DNA of 64,000 nt from Catajapyx aquilonaris (lineage: Eukaryota), in the NCBI GenBank assembly GCA_000934665.2, contig JYFJ02001951.1, positions 1 through 64,000 on the forward strand, written 5' to 3'. The translations under genes and the position numbers were made by a program. This document shows positions 1 through 14,179 of the stretch, one piece after another. How positions within the stretch are numbered: the stretch's first letter is position 1; each line of letters starts with the position of its first letter. The notes beneath the pieces are model-generated. The model saw only the letters and a program-made list of their open reading frames with translations. It searched no databases and had not been told where the DNA came from.

Positions 1-2250
1 AAAATTCCATTGTATGGCTGGAGCTGCTGGAGATATGCCTGTGAATGACGATTTCAACCCTCTAAGAATACACTCGAATCTTTCTACAGAGGAAAAATTT
101 CCTTGTTGAGAGTGTTGGGAACCTTTTGTGTAAGAGGAAAAAAAATAGTTGACAATCCTTCGCCGAGAGCGACAAAAATTCCCTGATGGACAAGCTTCAG
201 TTGAATGCAACTCGACACCAGAGAGATTTGAGTCTAAAAATATCCAGTCATTCTAAAAAAGTAGACTTTTATTTTCTTACATTTCTTATTCGTAGATGTA
301 GACTAAAAATAGACATGTTACGCATACATTTTTTTGATGTCTATTTTATCACGCCCTTTCTGTGTAATGATACGAAATTATTTTGTCCGAATCCGATTGT
401 TAGTTGCGAGAGACGGAACGAGGTGTTCTCAAGTGATTTTGAAGCGAAAGTATACTGTACATACTCCTTGAGATTAAAGCCCGGTTCCTACGTAATCCCC
501 AGCCCTGATTGAAAAGGAGCACTGTCGCTGAAAGCAATTTAATGCTCGGAACACGTATCGCGGTATCGGTAATCCCTTCAGGCCTGGGAATGGTCATGCC
601 CTAGGTAATTCGGTGCAAACGATTTCTAATATTTTTTAAAATTCAGAAATAAATCACACTTGTGAAGTATAATTCCGGAGATGTCTCGGGTTTCCTTCAT
701 AAATCATCTTTCTGTGTGTCACAGCTGACAGAGATTTTTTTTTAAAAAAAAAGGAGATGGACGGTAGCGTGACTTTGATGGCCTTTTAGTCACGTAAGGG
801 TCAAGGTCTTTGTGGGAAACGCTGGAATTTGCTCGCATCATGTGCCGCTCTGCAGATTCTAGTGCGGATTTTTTTTCTCTCTCGCTCTCTCGCTAGTATA
901 ATCAATGGCGGTGGTGTCAGTTGGTAGGATTTGGCAGCGGGTAGCCTCACGCTTTTAGCGAGTTTGGAAATTGCCCGCAAAAACGATGTACGAGGGGTTA
1001 ATGAGTTGTAAGGACGGGTTAGGCCTTCCGACACGTTTGAGTTCAAACCACGCGTGATAAATTATGAGCTGCTACAAAAGAAAAATGGATTTAATAAAAA
1101 AAGAGAGGCCTTATTTCCACCGCAGCGGTTTTTAGGATTCCGCGAGCCTAAAATTTAATGTGTCATTCTGGATTCCATTACTTGGATGATATTTTTCCGC
1201 AAATTCGGTACCAGTTGAATTCGCCATGACTGCACGACAATCACATGACATTTGACTCAGGATTTTCTGCTTCCAGTGGGCGAAATTTAATGCGACACTT
1301 TAACATCAGGTTAGCCATCTAAATTTGCGGTCGGACGTTACCGAATGAACTTGTGTCAAAATTATGTCAAACGATAGAAAACGTGAGAGAATAATTTTTA
1401 TTCGCCTTCTGTTCGACGATGATGACTGTAAGTGATGATGATGGCAGTATCACAAAGAAATGAAAAATTTGGCCGATTTTCTCATCGATTGTGAGCTGGA
1501 ATTCCCATAGCATTAATCATTTCCACCACTGAGGGCATTTTACCAATGCCATTTGCACTGGAGACCACCTTTTTGTTCTCTAACCTTATACTCGCATCAG
1601 GTTTAAAAGATGAATGGCAATAATTTATATGTTCCGTACACTGTACACCTGATATTCAGTCGTTTTATCCGAGAGATGATGTCTGCCAGAATGATTATGA
1701 GCAGACGGAGCAGCCTTGGAGCTGCTTCGGTGTAAGTAGTCCAATCGACTCCCGACGACGCGACGTGAGAATAAATGCATTTTCCCCAGGGCTCCGTTTT
1801 TCATCCTGGACAGTTAGGCTTTTTGGCCATCATGTGGCGGGCAGCTCTGAAGAGTTAGGATAAGACTGAGGCCGCAGTGAATCATTACGAGTCTCAGTGG
1901 AAAGTAAAAGGGGGAGGGGTTTGGGCCAGTACCCGTTGCATTATCCGGTGACAAGGAAAGGCAATCCCAGGCTGGGCACAAAACAGCCTGGAGGAACACT
2001 TGCTGCCACTCTCACCGCCACAATAATAAGGAAGAGAGAGAGAGAAAAAAAGAGACTGGACCAGATTTATCCTTTCCTATCTTTTTTTTATCTCTCATTC
2101 ACTCAGCTCTTCCCTTTTATCTTATTTTCGTCGGGTGATGGACCAAAGGGAGTGGATTGCGTCACAGTCGAAATGAAGCATGCTAGTGTGCCAGTGGATT
2201 ACGATGGATTACTCGCAGGGACTTCAGGAGGATTTCTGGAGTGTGAGGAC

Positions 2251-2286
2251 ACGACTGAAATCGTGCTATTTGCAAATGTTAATATA
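2251..2286 (-). promoter_or_regulatory. TATA + Initiator core promoter of an unidentified leftward transcript
   Basis: On the minus strand TATATTAA starts at 2286 and an Inr-like TTTCAGTC has its A at 2256, exactly 30 nt apart, the canonical arthropod spacing. Confidence 0.5.
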
Positions 2287-5200
2287 CCGATCACTGTCAG
2301 CATTTGCTATTTTTTCCCCCAACGTATAGCCAAAGTTGAGTTTCAATATACGTAAGAGTGGAATGTGAGAGACAATTCTCTGGGCGATTGGTGCTGTCCC
2401 TCTCTCTGCTGGGAGTCTCTAGCTTCAAATTGGCTTCTCAGCAGTTGCCAGAAACAAGGGGGAAAAAGGGGGGGGGGGGTTGCAATATTAGAAGTCCTTC
2501 CGATGGAGATAGCCTAGGAGTGAAGCAGCAAATGGATCAAAAAAAAAGAAGAAGTTTCATTACTGGGTCGTTTAATTGGGTCGCATCCTTCTCCACGTGT
2601 GGATAACTCGTGACTATATAGCAACCCTGTTGGCATTATTGCAGTGCAAAGTGACGCTTTTTTATTGCATCCGGGCCACCTGCATCGCGTTTTGATTGCC
2701 GTGCGCTCTGGAAAAACCAACAACTGCGAATGACGACGTTTACAGATAAACCCTCGTAAAATGAGGGTTATACTGCCTGAAGCTTGTTTTATATTGAAAA
2801 CAACACACATATTTCAGCACGGAATGCAAACAGCGTAGTTCAAACGAAATTACACAAAATTATTAATGCGGGCAAACAATTATGCTCCGATATTAGATAA
2901 CTTTTTATTGTGCATTATTAAAGGTCACGTGGGGGCTATACTGCGATGTTAACAAGTGCTAGAAAACACGCATTAATATCCGGGACTGAAACCGCATATT
3001 AATAATAATTCCACGCTCTAACTAGATATGCACCTTGTTTCCATTAGCCACATTTCACAATACGAGAATTATTTACATTTAACTCCTGTACTAGTTTAAT
3101 TGAGCATGTCTATATATTATGCCTGTTGTCGACACATTTCTGTAGCTGGCGTATATAATATATTTATCAGTCTACGCAACCAGTCTCGGCGTATAGTTGA
3201 GTTGTCATGTGGCAATAACTTGCGAAGATAGAAACCCGCAGATATTTTTTAATGGGGGTTGGTTTATTTTTTATTGCATCCTGGCTACCCGCATTGTGTT
3301 TGATTCCTGCCGCGCTTGATGGAAACATCAGATATTGCGGGTAGAGACACTTGCGCAGATAACCATTTGAACAAGGCGGAAGCAAAATATTGCTTTAATG
3401 TGACAAACAAATTGGCCCACAATCTATCTGAACCTATAACTTACACATTCATATCCACCTCGTGTAGCCTAATGCGGAGTTTCCTAATTGTTACTATTGT
3501 CCCAGTTTTATTATGGCACTCTTATCAATATTCATAGCCTTGCTCTGGCTTTTGAGTGAGACGTGCGGCAATATTATGCGACAGGCTTATACTATAAAAG
3601 CACATGCATAACTCAAATGGCTCGGACGCCTACGCGCATATTGTTATCAGCCTACGCTACCAGCTATAAATGACTACAAAGCGAAAAGTTCGGTCCGTTT
3701 GCAGAATTTATGTTATATGTAGACATATTATTACGGCGCAGCAAGGACAAATCTTTTAATCGGATAAATAAAATGTTCGATGGTATATCCTAAAATTGGG
3801 AAAAAACCTCTTATGATAAGAAGCTTATCGCTCTGTAATATCTCCTATGATTAATATTATCCGTATCAATTGTAACTCCAATAATGAGCCTATTTCTGCG
3901 TAAAAGGGCAAAAGCCATGGTTATACCAATGAGTATAGAGCTGCTGTTTAGTATAATGTGTCTGACACGTGGACCCCTGAAAATAATGACCTTCTCTCCC
4001 GGAGAACTGCATCATGCGGCAGACTGCTTTTCAAAAGCTCAGCCTTGCAATATTTATCAGACGCGAAGTCACCCGGACTAATGCAGTGGACGCAGAGTGC
4101 GACACGACATGACGCAATTTCAGCAGAGTCAATATTAGATCCAGGTGATTTCGCATTTCACAAACATTTAATTTGCGCAAAATGGCCTGGACTGATAGCA
4201 CTGTTTGTCAATTTGAATGTTTGATCCCCAAATGCGTAAAACATTGCATAAATCATTTTAGGTGCGTGGGAATCATTGAAATTCCGGATTTGTCGGCGGT
4301 TAGTTCTATAGTTACTGGACAACTTCCTTCCAGAGGCCAGGAATGCAATGCCCTCCTCCGGATAATATACCATCAACTCTCACTGGAAAAAAATCTCTGT
4401 TCCCTTTGCATGGCAGCGAGGTAAATGGTCTGTGATGAGGTCAGGCGGGCGCTTGACCTGACTGATGTGATTCAAGCTGGAGGAGTCCAGCCAGGGAGGA
4501 TTCCGGTCCAGCAGGCGCGGAGTGAATGGAAGCAATCGAAACAAGCAATGTCCGCCATGAGTATAGTCCCCTGGGAGAGCACGGGAACACAAAAGGCTCG
4601 TCCGAATCCCATTCGAAACCTTGGACCTCTGTTGGAAGACCTCTCATGCATTTAGATGCTTCCTTTCCTTTCCCTTCAACCCGCAACCAAAGGATGCACA
4701 GAAGAAGACGTGACCCTTTTCCAAGAATGTTCGCAATATTATATAAGCACATGAAAAGTGTGTTGTATGCGTACACAGACTTTGGGTTTGAAAAGGGCTA
4801 CGTCACGGCGCTAATCAAAAGCGGGGCTCTTTTCACTTTGACCAGTCTCAGATATATGCTTTTTAAAGGGCTTGGAAAAACGCCCAAGTTGTATGGGGCT
4901 GGAATCCCACAGTGGTTTTGGTCCAGTCAAAGGAAGAGGGGGGGGGGGGGGAAGTATATTCGCCCGGTGTTGGTCCAGGCCGTCCTTTCAGTGGTCAGTA
5001 TATTGGAAACAAGACCCTGAATTACAGTTTGAATGGTTCAGGTTTTTTGATCACGGAAGAGTATGGCCCTATGATATTGCGAAGGACATTTAATAAATTT
5101 GTTCGGGATGAAATCTTTCACGATGATTTCCTGGAGATTATATGATTTAATGTAGAGGTGTCGTTTGATCTTCTCAAACTCGTTCTGAGATAATGCGATT

Positions 5201-6911
5201 AGAGCACAAAGGTGTAAAATCTTCCTGGCGGCCTTGCCTTTTCCATAAGTACAGTCGTTATACCATACCGCTTAATTAAAACCGAAACTTAATTAGGGGT
5301 AGCACGCAGTCACCGAAAAGTGTCCTCACAACTCACATACATAATGCACCTTTTCATTCGGCATTAATTATGACTAATGAGACCAAATGATGCCCCTTCG
5401 TGTAAGCGATCCTTGCGTGCACAAGTTTTTGCGAATCATTGAGGCCCACCCTGTATTCGCCAAAATTTAAGGCCTAGATTTTGCAGACGGATAGCGCTGC
5501 ATAATTTGAAATGGGACGCCATATACATCTGCAAGCTGTGACAGCGTCACCTGCTCTACTTCCGTAACAACTGCAAACTGCTGCGACTAATGGTCAGATA
5601 AACACCAATAGATAAAATGGACCTGCCTCGCGTTACAGTTATTGCACTGTTAAAAAAGTATGTATTTCTCGCCTGAAGCAATAAAATTTTTTGTTACTGC
5701 GACGACTTGTAGCTGTAAAAAAAATGCCGCCTTAATTCGAAATCTGTCGCGTTTTGCAAGGTAGTCGATGCGGGTATCACTTGAGAAAGCAATTACCATA
5801 CCTCGCCTTATGCAATGAAAACATCTCTATATACGTACGTGTGATGAGCATAGAGATAATTATGTAATTTGATTTTGGTCGGGGTCAGATGCGGCCACGG
5901 CTAGTAATTGCAGTTATTTAAATTTGGCGCATTGGGACTTTTCCTCTTATTTTATTTTTGGAGCCACATTTTTCTTCTTGGATGCTTTCCCATTAGTGTG
6001 AGGCCGCCTCCGATAACGAGGGTTCCGTCTCTTCTCTCTAATCGAGTTTTGGTCTGTATAAATGGGATGGGCCTATTTCCAAGGATAGATGCGGACTTAC
6101 GTGAATATATGCCACACAGCAGCTTGAGAGATCTTGTTAGACGGATTCCTTCTCTTTGCATAAAATACTGAAAGTACTGAGTGTTGACGGACAATCCCAT
6201 TTGTTAATGAAACGAGCGGGTAAAATATCTGTGTGGTGAGTTTGCTGCAGGGAAAATGTTGGGTCGATGTCAGTCCGCTTTTGGTTCAATCTGCAGTTTC
6301 CTTCTGATGCAGATGGGTTTGCAAGAGAGCGAATGTTGCAGAGGCTTTATCTGGGAAGGATTTATCCTGCTTGAAACGATTAACGACGGAAGGTTTTCTC
6401 TGCGCTCTGATTCCTGGCGACGCAGTGTTTGCTGGAATCGAAACACTCGCTAGTGCATTCTAACCAATTTTGTTGAGGCTATACACTTCGGTGGTGACAC
6501 ATTGCCCTGGTTGTGACATATTTACAATCCACGCTTTATTATTCAATACGGACGTTAAAAGTATTTTGGAAATGTGGTTGGAAAAGAGCGCATGTTTTTT
6601 GAATTTTTGTTTCGACGTGCCATTTACATGTTGTTGGCAGGCGCATAGTTTGTAAACTAATTAAAGGCTACAGCCTATATCCTGATAATAGCATGGGGTT
6701 TTGTGCTTGTTAATAGCTCAAAGATGCAGCAGTATTGTAAATAAATTACATGCCACTCGTTATAGCCTCATGAAGAAACACTTGAGATGTTTTCTGTTCT
6801 TCAATTTACCTGCAAAGAGGCGGGAAATGACGAGACTGATGATCGCCTATTTAGTCAGGTTTCATTTTAAACACGTGTGTTGATTACACGGTGTGTTTCT
6901 GCCACCTGTGC

Positions 6912-9900
6912 TCAGCCAGTCACTTTGAAGCCGTGTTTGACGAAGCACCTTCGGATAACATCAACTTCGTCCGACTTCAAGGGCTGCAGTGGTAGACGTG
7001 GAGGTCCCCCATACAAACCGACCAAGTCCATCGATGCCTTCACTCCTGGGACGCCGAACAGCTTGTTCACCTTTAATTAACAAAAATGAGAAACACGAGT
7101 CACAAGCGTAGGGAAAAAAATAATTAAGAGAATCACTAAGCTCTGAACATCGATTTTTTTTTCAATCAGTATGAAGAAGTAATAATCAGCTCTTGTGAGT
7201 CTGTCATTACAGCCACTCCTTTTGTCGTTGCTTACAACAGTACACAGGCTACACCATGGCAACGGCAGAACTTTGCCGGATTATTGGAATAGACAGACCT
7301 CCATAATTAGAAATAGACTCCACAGCAAATTCCAACCCCTTGAAACCAACTTTAATTTTCTCAATGTGAGTGCGTTTCATCGCTTTTTCCCCGTTTCCTT
7401 TCAATCTTATCCGAGCAAGAGTGAGATTTACTTACCGCATGGTTGGGCTCAATCAGACGGTACTGCAGTGCGACAGCTTCTGGCACGTGTCCTTTCACGT
7501 ACAGGTCGTGTGCCATGCACGTCTCCGCACCCAACGGGTTAGCCAAAGCACAAACCGCTCCGACACACCCTGTGAATAATAATCATAATCATAATCATCA
7601 TCATAATAAAAAAGACACGGTGGTGTTACATATGACAGACGGGATAATCTCTGGTGCTGGAATTAAATTGTATACGAGCGGAGATGCTCGCACCGGGATG
7701 AGAAATAATTAAATTTTGCAGGCAACGTCAAGACCATTTTCTTGACAAGGCGAGAGGACCTGTTTGCTTGGGAAAGTTCATACCAATCCACGTCAACGTC
7801 ACGACGGAAGCTGTCTCACTAATATCTCGTAACTGCCGGGATTACAGTGCAGCCTGACTCGATTAAAGCAGGCCTCTTTTTTTTAATGAAAAAAGAAATG
7901 CGCGACACCCTGTGGTTTTCGGCTCCAAATTTGTTTGCAAGTCTCTCTGCAGGCAAGCCGCGTCAGTGGAGCAAATTAGCGAGCAAAAAAAATGGCGCAA
8001 AGGCGAATGTTGGCACCTTCGGCACTCCTGGGAATCGCACAATTAGGAAAGAACGACTTTGGCATGCAGTTATCCGGGGCCGCTTATATCAGGAGCCTGG
8101 CTCACTACTCTGGCAGAGAGAGAGCTGAGGAGGAGAAGACAACGGAAAACTACTTTTATCGGCGGAAAGGATTACCCAAGCTGCGGAAAGTCTTACCCAT
8201 CAGATAGGAAGGGATTAGGAAGCTGGAAGATCCGGCCAGCATCTGGAAGTTGGGGTCCTTCTTTCTGGTCTCGTACACCATGCGGGCTATTTTGGCGATC
8301 TGGAAAACAGAGCGAAATTTTTTTGGCACAACTGGCTCAACTAACGGAACTGTATTGTTGTACGCGTTGTATACACTTGGGGGGCTTTAATAGAAAGGTC
8401 CGGTGACTTTTATCCGGTATGTTTGCAGAGCTTCGGGTTAACATCAAAAGGCAGACTGACATGGAGTGGGAGGAATTTTTGCCAAAAATTCCTCCCGGCA
8501 GCAGCGGTCCGTTGCTAATATTTGCATTTATTCGGCTTGCTTTTCCGCGGCAATTTGTTGCGTAATTTACTCGCGGTTGGCCTCCGTTTTATTTGGTTTT
8601 TTTTTTTACAACCGTAGGTCACGGCTTGTGCAGACGGCGTCCCCCTTTGATCTTCACCAAAATCTTATATTACTTTACTAGACCCGTTATCCGCTTTTGG
8701 TACTTTTAGATCATGCCGCGCTATTTCAGCAACGCCATCTATGATGTATATCCTGAAGGGCTAGCCTCCGATTAGGCCCTGGCATCTACTGCCATCCGTG
8801 GCGTATACCGGAACTACCAGAGCAAACAAACACACACCAAAATCCTATGTTTTAGGTTTAGAATTTTAAAAATGCGATTTTCGGACTTATTAAGACATCA
8901 GTGTGCCAAGTTTCTGCACTCTCAGTAGTCGTAAAGTGTGTTAGGTAGCCGGGACAAACAACCAACCAAAGAGAGAAACTTTCTGGCTTATATGTATGTA
9001 GGATTTCACAGGCGAATTTTAAAAAAAACACACACACATTCAGATCCTTTTGTAAATTGTGCAGTGAGTGACTTACGTCTCCGCCGCTGTCCTTCATTCC
9101 TATGATGTTTGGATGTCCAGCCAATTGCTCCACCACTTCCGGCGGAAGATCCAGATTGGTATTAGGCGGCACGCTATACAACACCACAGGCACAGGGCTC
9201 TGATTGGCAACAGTCTCGTAATGGACCTTCAGCGCCTCGTTCTGAAAAGGTCACTGCTTCAGACACGATTCTTACATATTGGACACGTTACGTACCGTGA
9301 CCCTTCCCTTGTAGTAAGACGGCGTCACAACCAGAACGGCGTCGGCACCGGCGGCGCCCATCTGACGACACATCTCGATGGTGTCCCTGGTTCCTGAAAC
9401 GAACCAGCTAATGTTCTTTGCTTATTTATTACAACCGGAAGGGAGATTGACCTCACCCTCTCGACGCATTAAATTTTTTTTGAGTAAATCGGGCGCCAGT
9501 TACGTCGACGCCATTATGCTAATCAGGCGTCACATAATTCTACAAGTGGAGTCCTTTATTACATCGACAATGGAGCCTCGTTTTTTACTCTTCCTGCTCA
9601 GGATCTAGTGAACCCGGTTGCATATCAAGTGAGGGTTGTAACTCACGCTAGGCTTCACGAGCGTAATTTTTTTTTTCTCCTCAAAAATATAGCTCCCAAA
9701 GTCAGCCCGAGCATACACTAGATATATGGCTTCTGCGAGTCCGAAGCATTTTTAATATTTAATATCCCTGAAGAGCATCTCCATTACGGATCAAGCTGAC
9801 GACTTTTTTTTCTCTCTCTGCATAAGTACAATAAATTTTTTTCTGTCTCTCCATGGCATTGGTTATTACTTTGGGTTTACATTTGAAAGGGCCATTTGGC

Positions 9901-12900
9901 TGCTTGGCGTGATTCTCCAGAACGCTGAGGAGATTTCGAATGCATAAATTAAGATTGTAAATGGCTGGGGGTGAACTATTGCTGGGAATGCGGTCTCTGA
10001 ATAATGCAAAGATATAAGGAGTGGCCCACCAGACTTTCTTGCGCAAAGATGAAAAACGTGGCCAGGATTTAATTAGGCTTCCGACTCATGCCATGGGCTG
10101 GGACAGTACAGAATATATACTTGAATTTGTTTTACGCACTATAATTTGCGGATGCAAGCTCCGATTCAATTATTGGATCCGATTCCTGATGTGGGTGTCT
10201 CTCTCTCTCTCTGGGTTTTATTTGATGGATGTTTGTAAAGCAGGGGCGGATAGGATTCCACTAAAACGGATCCGATTGGGGGGGGGGGGGGGGNTTTCTG
10301 GACGTGATGCGAATAATTTATTCCCCTCCAGAGATCAAACAAACAAATCGAGAGAGTTATCCTTACTGTCAAAGGACATTACTTCAGAAGAAGAATATTT
10401 TTAAAAAAGTTGGGATTTTTACTGCTGCGTTCCTCTGATCACTGCACTGACAGTAATTCGCAATCATATCTGGAACGTTTCGCAACAGTCAGAGTTTGCA
10501 CAGTTCAATGGCATTCGGGACGATTTTGTGGCGAAGGAAGCTGAAGGGCTGAAATATTTTAGGGTGTTTCATAGTGATTCAAACTTTTATACTTCCAGAG
10601 TGAATTGGAATCATAATGTGTGTTTGCTTTCACCGCGCGTGATGGAAAAAGCACTCTCTGGTTATCCTGTTATGATTAGACCCACCCCCACCCGGATCAG
10701 ATTTCAGGAATTAATCGAGGGATTAACAGGAGGTCAACACTCCTGTAATCAGCAGGAATTAATCGGCCAAACTTTTGGAGCCTCGTGCGGCTGCTATTTC
10801 CAAAAAAAAAGAAAGAGAGAGCTAATTTCTGAAATGCTTTGGTCCCCCCCTCGAAATGACTTACACAATTGACTCGTAATTCTCGAGCAAGTCGTAAGCG
10901 TTTTATTTGTTCCTTGGCCCTCTCTCTTCTATTCGTTCGGCCTTTAATTAGCCCAGTAGATTTCCCATGGAGCCATTATTAAAGGTCGCAAAGTGTGTTG
11001 ACCTGAGGCAACGGGAGCAAGAAAAAAAGAAGCAGCAGGAGAGTCTTTCTTTTTTACCTCTGCACATTGTAGTACATATAAGGTGATGTTTCTTTGATGG
11101 TCTCGACCTTATTTTCTGGTCTCCTAAAGCGTCGTCTGCACTTCCTAGTTCGTTAAGCTGCATAGTAATGGCGGTGCTGCCTTGCACAACACGCCTTAAT
11201 TTACCATGGTCCACGCCTATGTGTCCCGCTGGCATATGTCCCACATCCATAATGCAAAACTGCTCCAGAAGCAATCTTGTCTCGCGTTCACAATTCGCGA
11301 ATATGGAGGGTGGGATTCATCAAATTTCGCAAGTGAGATTTTCGTCGTAACCAGTCGTAACCATAGTTAGTTACGATTACGACGAATTTGACTTACGACA
11401 TTTGATGAATCCACTATGTTTTTTATTTATTTATTTACGAAATAATTGCAGTACACTCACCTTCGCATCCTGCGCCTCCAATAATGACTTTGCCTGGAGC
11501 GACATTTTCCTTCACTTTTCGGATCATGTAGACACGCTCTTCCGGGTTCAGACTCACGTACTCGCCGGTCGATCCTTCAACAACATAACCTGAAAAATGT
11601 TAGATATTGTTAGGCCCCAGTAGATTGGATGTCTAATTGCAAGTGCTTTCCAAGGTCACAGTGAAAGTCAAGCCTTGTGATTGAACTCCATTATGGACGT
11701 ACAACAATAATGTAATATTATCCGCGCCTACGCAGCAGCCCCCTATATGTAAGGCAAAAGTGATTCTGCAGCAGGCAAGGCATGTATATAGGACCAACTT
11801 TTCAGAGCAATTATGAACTTTCTACCTATTTTGAGGGGCTTCACTTCTCTTGGAGCCCTGAAGTCCCACACACCAAGCCATCGTTGAAATTAGTGCCGGC
11901 GGAGAAATATAGGGGAGAGTAACACTCAATGTAAACTCTCAGACGTCATTCATACTGCGCATAATTAATCAAAGTTAGGCTTTACTCGTCCAGCCCTAAT
12001 TAATTAAGACCAAATCTGCCTCACCAATCTGGTCTGAAAGTGCTGCTGGGTTAACAATGTTGTGTAGTGCTCTGCGGTTTGCAATAAAGAGGAGAGGGTC
12101 AGCTAAAATGTATGTGGTTATGCAGATTAACTCGAAAGTGGCTTTTGAAGGACTTTTGAAAATATATTTGGATGGGGGGGCCACCTAGACTCAAAGAGCA
12201 GAAAATTCTGTGCGAACTTGAAGGATCAGAGGGGGCACTGCAAACTGCGCTTTGATCTCGCAAAAGGGGAAATATAAAGTAATTTGATCGTCTCATCAAT
12301 CATTTCGGAAGAGTTGCACAACTCTTCTTTTCTGGTAATTAAGACTTAAGAGGGTCAAAGGGCGGTGTCTAGGATTTTTTTAATATTATTTCTTTGGTTC
12401 AAACAGGAGAGTAATAATTGAACGGTTGTCCTTGGGGAACTTGCGAAGTTTTTAAAATGGCAATTAGAATGAAAGTATGACACGTGAACGATTACTGATC
12501 ACTTTCCTGTTACTTGAGCCTCCATATTATTTTATCAAGAAAATTACACTCCCTGATAAAACGCAATTTGCGTCACGTACCAAAGAAATAACTCCCCATT
12601 ATCTGTATCTCGTATAAAAAAAAGTTCTCTCAGTCTACATACGAAGAGGATAAAAGCAGCTTCCTTTGCCATAATTACGATATATTTTTTGGGATAAAAG
12701 TTGCAATATCTCCCATCCCTTTGATGCAGCTCCTTTGCCAAACTTTGTCCTATAACTCACTCATTAAAGTAAGACCCTCCGCCTTTATTATTATCCTCTA
12801 AATGCGCAGGACGTATCCTACCAACCAGCTTCAACGTAATTAATTTACGGCCCATTTACCCCCAACCAGGACTGATCCTTCTAATGGTAGCCCCCCCCCC

Positions 12901-13355
12901 CCCCCAAAAAAAAATAGCAGATGGTAAAAGTAGTACAAAGCTGTACCTGCTGCAAATGATTACATGTTCAGTGTACTCAACTAATCGTCTAATTCACACA
13001 GTACCAGGCTGCAATTATCATCCAATTAGCCGACTCATCCCATTTGTCATTCGCACCGTTTGTTTAGCTCAAGCTGATTGTTTCCTCCAGCAAGGAGCAA
13101 ACGTTGCTTATCTTTTCAAGTGGCTTCTGGAGTGAACAATCTGGCCAACCTTGCAATGAAGGTCAAGCCAACCGTTAGATAACCAGCGCCGAATAGCACA
13201 ACAGTGTGTTCACTATATTGGTCAAACTATTGTTGCTTACCTTTGAAAGGGATCTTTTCCCATTTGGAGAGGTTGTCCACCAGCTTATCCTCTGCGATGC
13301 TTCCGTCCTTATTGAATGGGGTCGGAATTGGAGGGAAAATCCCCTTCAGATCCAT
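6912..13355 (-). CDS. HOGA1: 4-hydroxy-2-oxoglutarate aldolase (DHDPS/NAL superfamily), 7 coding exons, 300 aa
   Basis: Exons 13355-13241, 11589-11461, 9393-9296, 9241-9077, 8299-8197, 7569-7436 and 7070-6912. All introns are GT-AG with consistent phases (903 nt total). The translation contains [40 protein letters not shown], the Schiff-base Lys motif [19 protein letters not shown] and [14 protein letters not shown], collinear with animal HOGA1. Confidence 0.93.
8901..9004 (+). repeat. Dispersed repeat copy 1 (Helitron/DINE-like non-autonomous 3' fragment)
   Basis: CTCTCAGTAGT..AAAGTG.GTTAGGTAGCC.GGACA is followed by a short CAAA/CAAC run and an AT-rich tail ending in GAT. The core is shared with 14109-14179. 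The family assignment is inferred from architecture only. Confidence 0.55.
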
Positions 13356-14108
13356 TTTTTTAAGAGGGGGGAGGGGGGCTTATTCGTCCACCTCAGTCGA
13401 TATTTTGGTTGGGCCAAGAAGGACAACTGGACTTGTCCTTTCGGTTCAACCGAGTGTCTAACACTATCTACACACAGATGTGTCAGGCTGCCCCTTTTTT
13501 TTCTCCTTCTTCATTATCAGTGTCACCCCCTCCCCAGCCACATCACCAGCCTGACCTTGCAGCTGCCAGTTTTTTTTCTTCTCTCTCATCTCCATAGCTT
13601 GACCTCTATGTGCGGATGATATAAGCGCGGAGGATTAGAATAAGCCCATCTCCTTCTTTCAATACGGAGATTGCTTTTTTGTGTCCCACAAGTGCAGCAC
13701 TCTCTGCACCAACTCGAAGGAGTTCAATGGAGAGGATGAAGGGGAAAAGTTGAGGCTTGTTTGCACCCGCCGCAGCATCCACTTTAAAATGAATCCCGCA
13801 CTAGTTGGAAGTACCAAGGCACTTGCTTCGCAAATTCTGACCAGATAATGTAGCTTTGGTAGCTACTCCAATGTTCACAACAGAACATAAGGGTCTAACC
13901 TCAGCCTGAAAACTTTTGCACACACAAAAAAAAAATCGCAAATTTTAAAGCTAAATCATCCACACACTGACTGTGAGAGCTAAGTTGTTATATTTTAATA
14001 TTGTATATTTACACGCCTTTTTTTGCGGTTCCTGCTCTTTTTTGGATGTTAAATTGTTGGTTTATTGTTGATTAGATCAAATTTTTTAGACTCGAAAAAA
14101 AAGAGCAG

Positions 14109-14179
14109 CTCTCAGTAGTTCGAAAGTGGGTTAGGTAGCCCGGACATGCAGACAAACTTGCTGTTTTATTACGTAAGAT
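14109..14179 (+). repeat. Dispersed repeat copy 2 (same family as 8901-9004)
   Basis: CTCTCAGTAGTTCGAAAGTGGGTTAGGTAGCCCGGACA is nearly identical to 8919-8956. Confidence 0.6.

Noticed and set aside
4158..5145. Cluster of overlapping 70-160 aa ORFs
   Set aside because: No recognisable motif or consistent splice structure on either strand.
10278..10294. Long poly-G run ending in N
   Set aside because: The N shows base-call uncertainty in a homopolymer. Similar G/C runs are scattered through the window and show no functional pattern.
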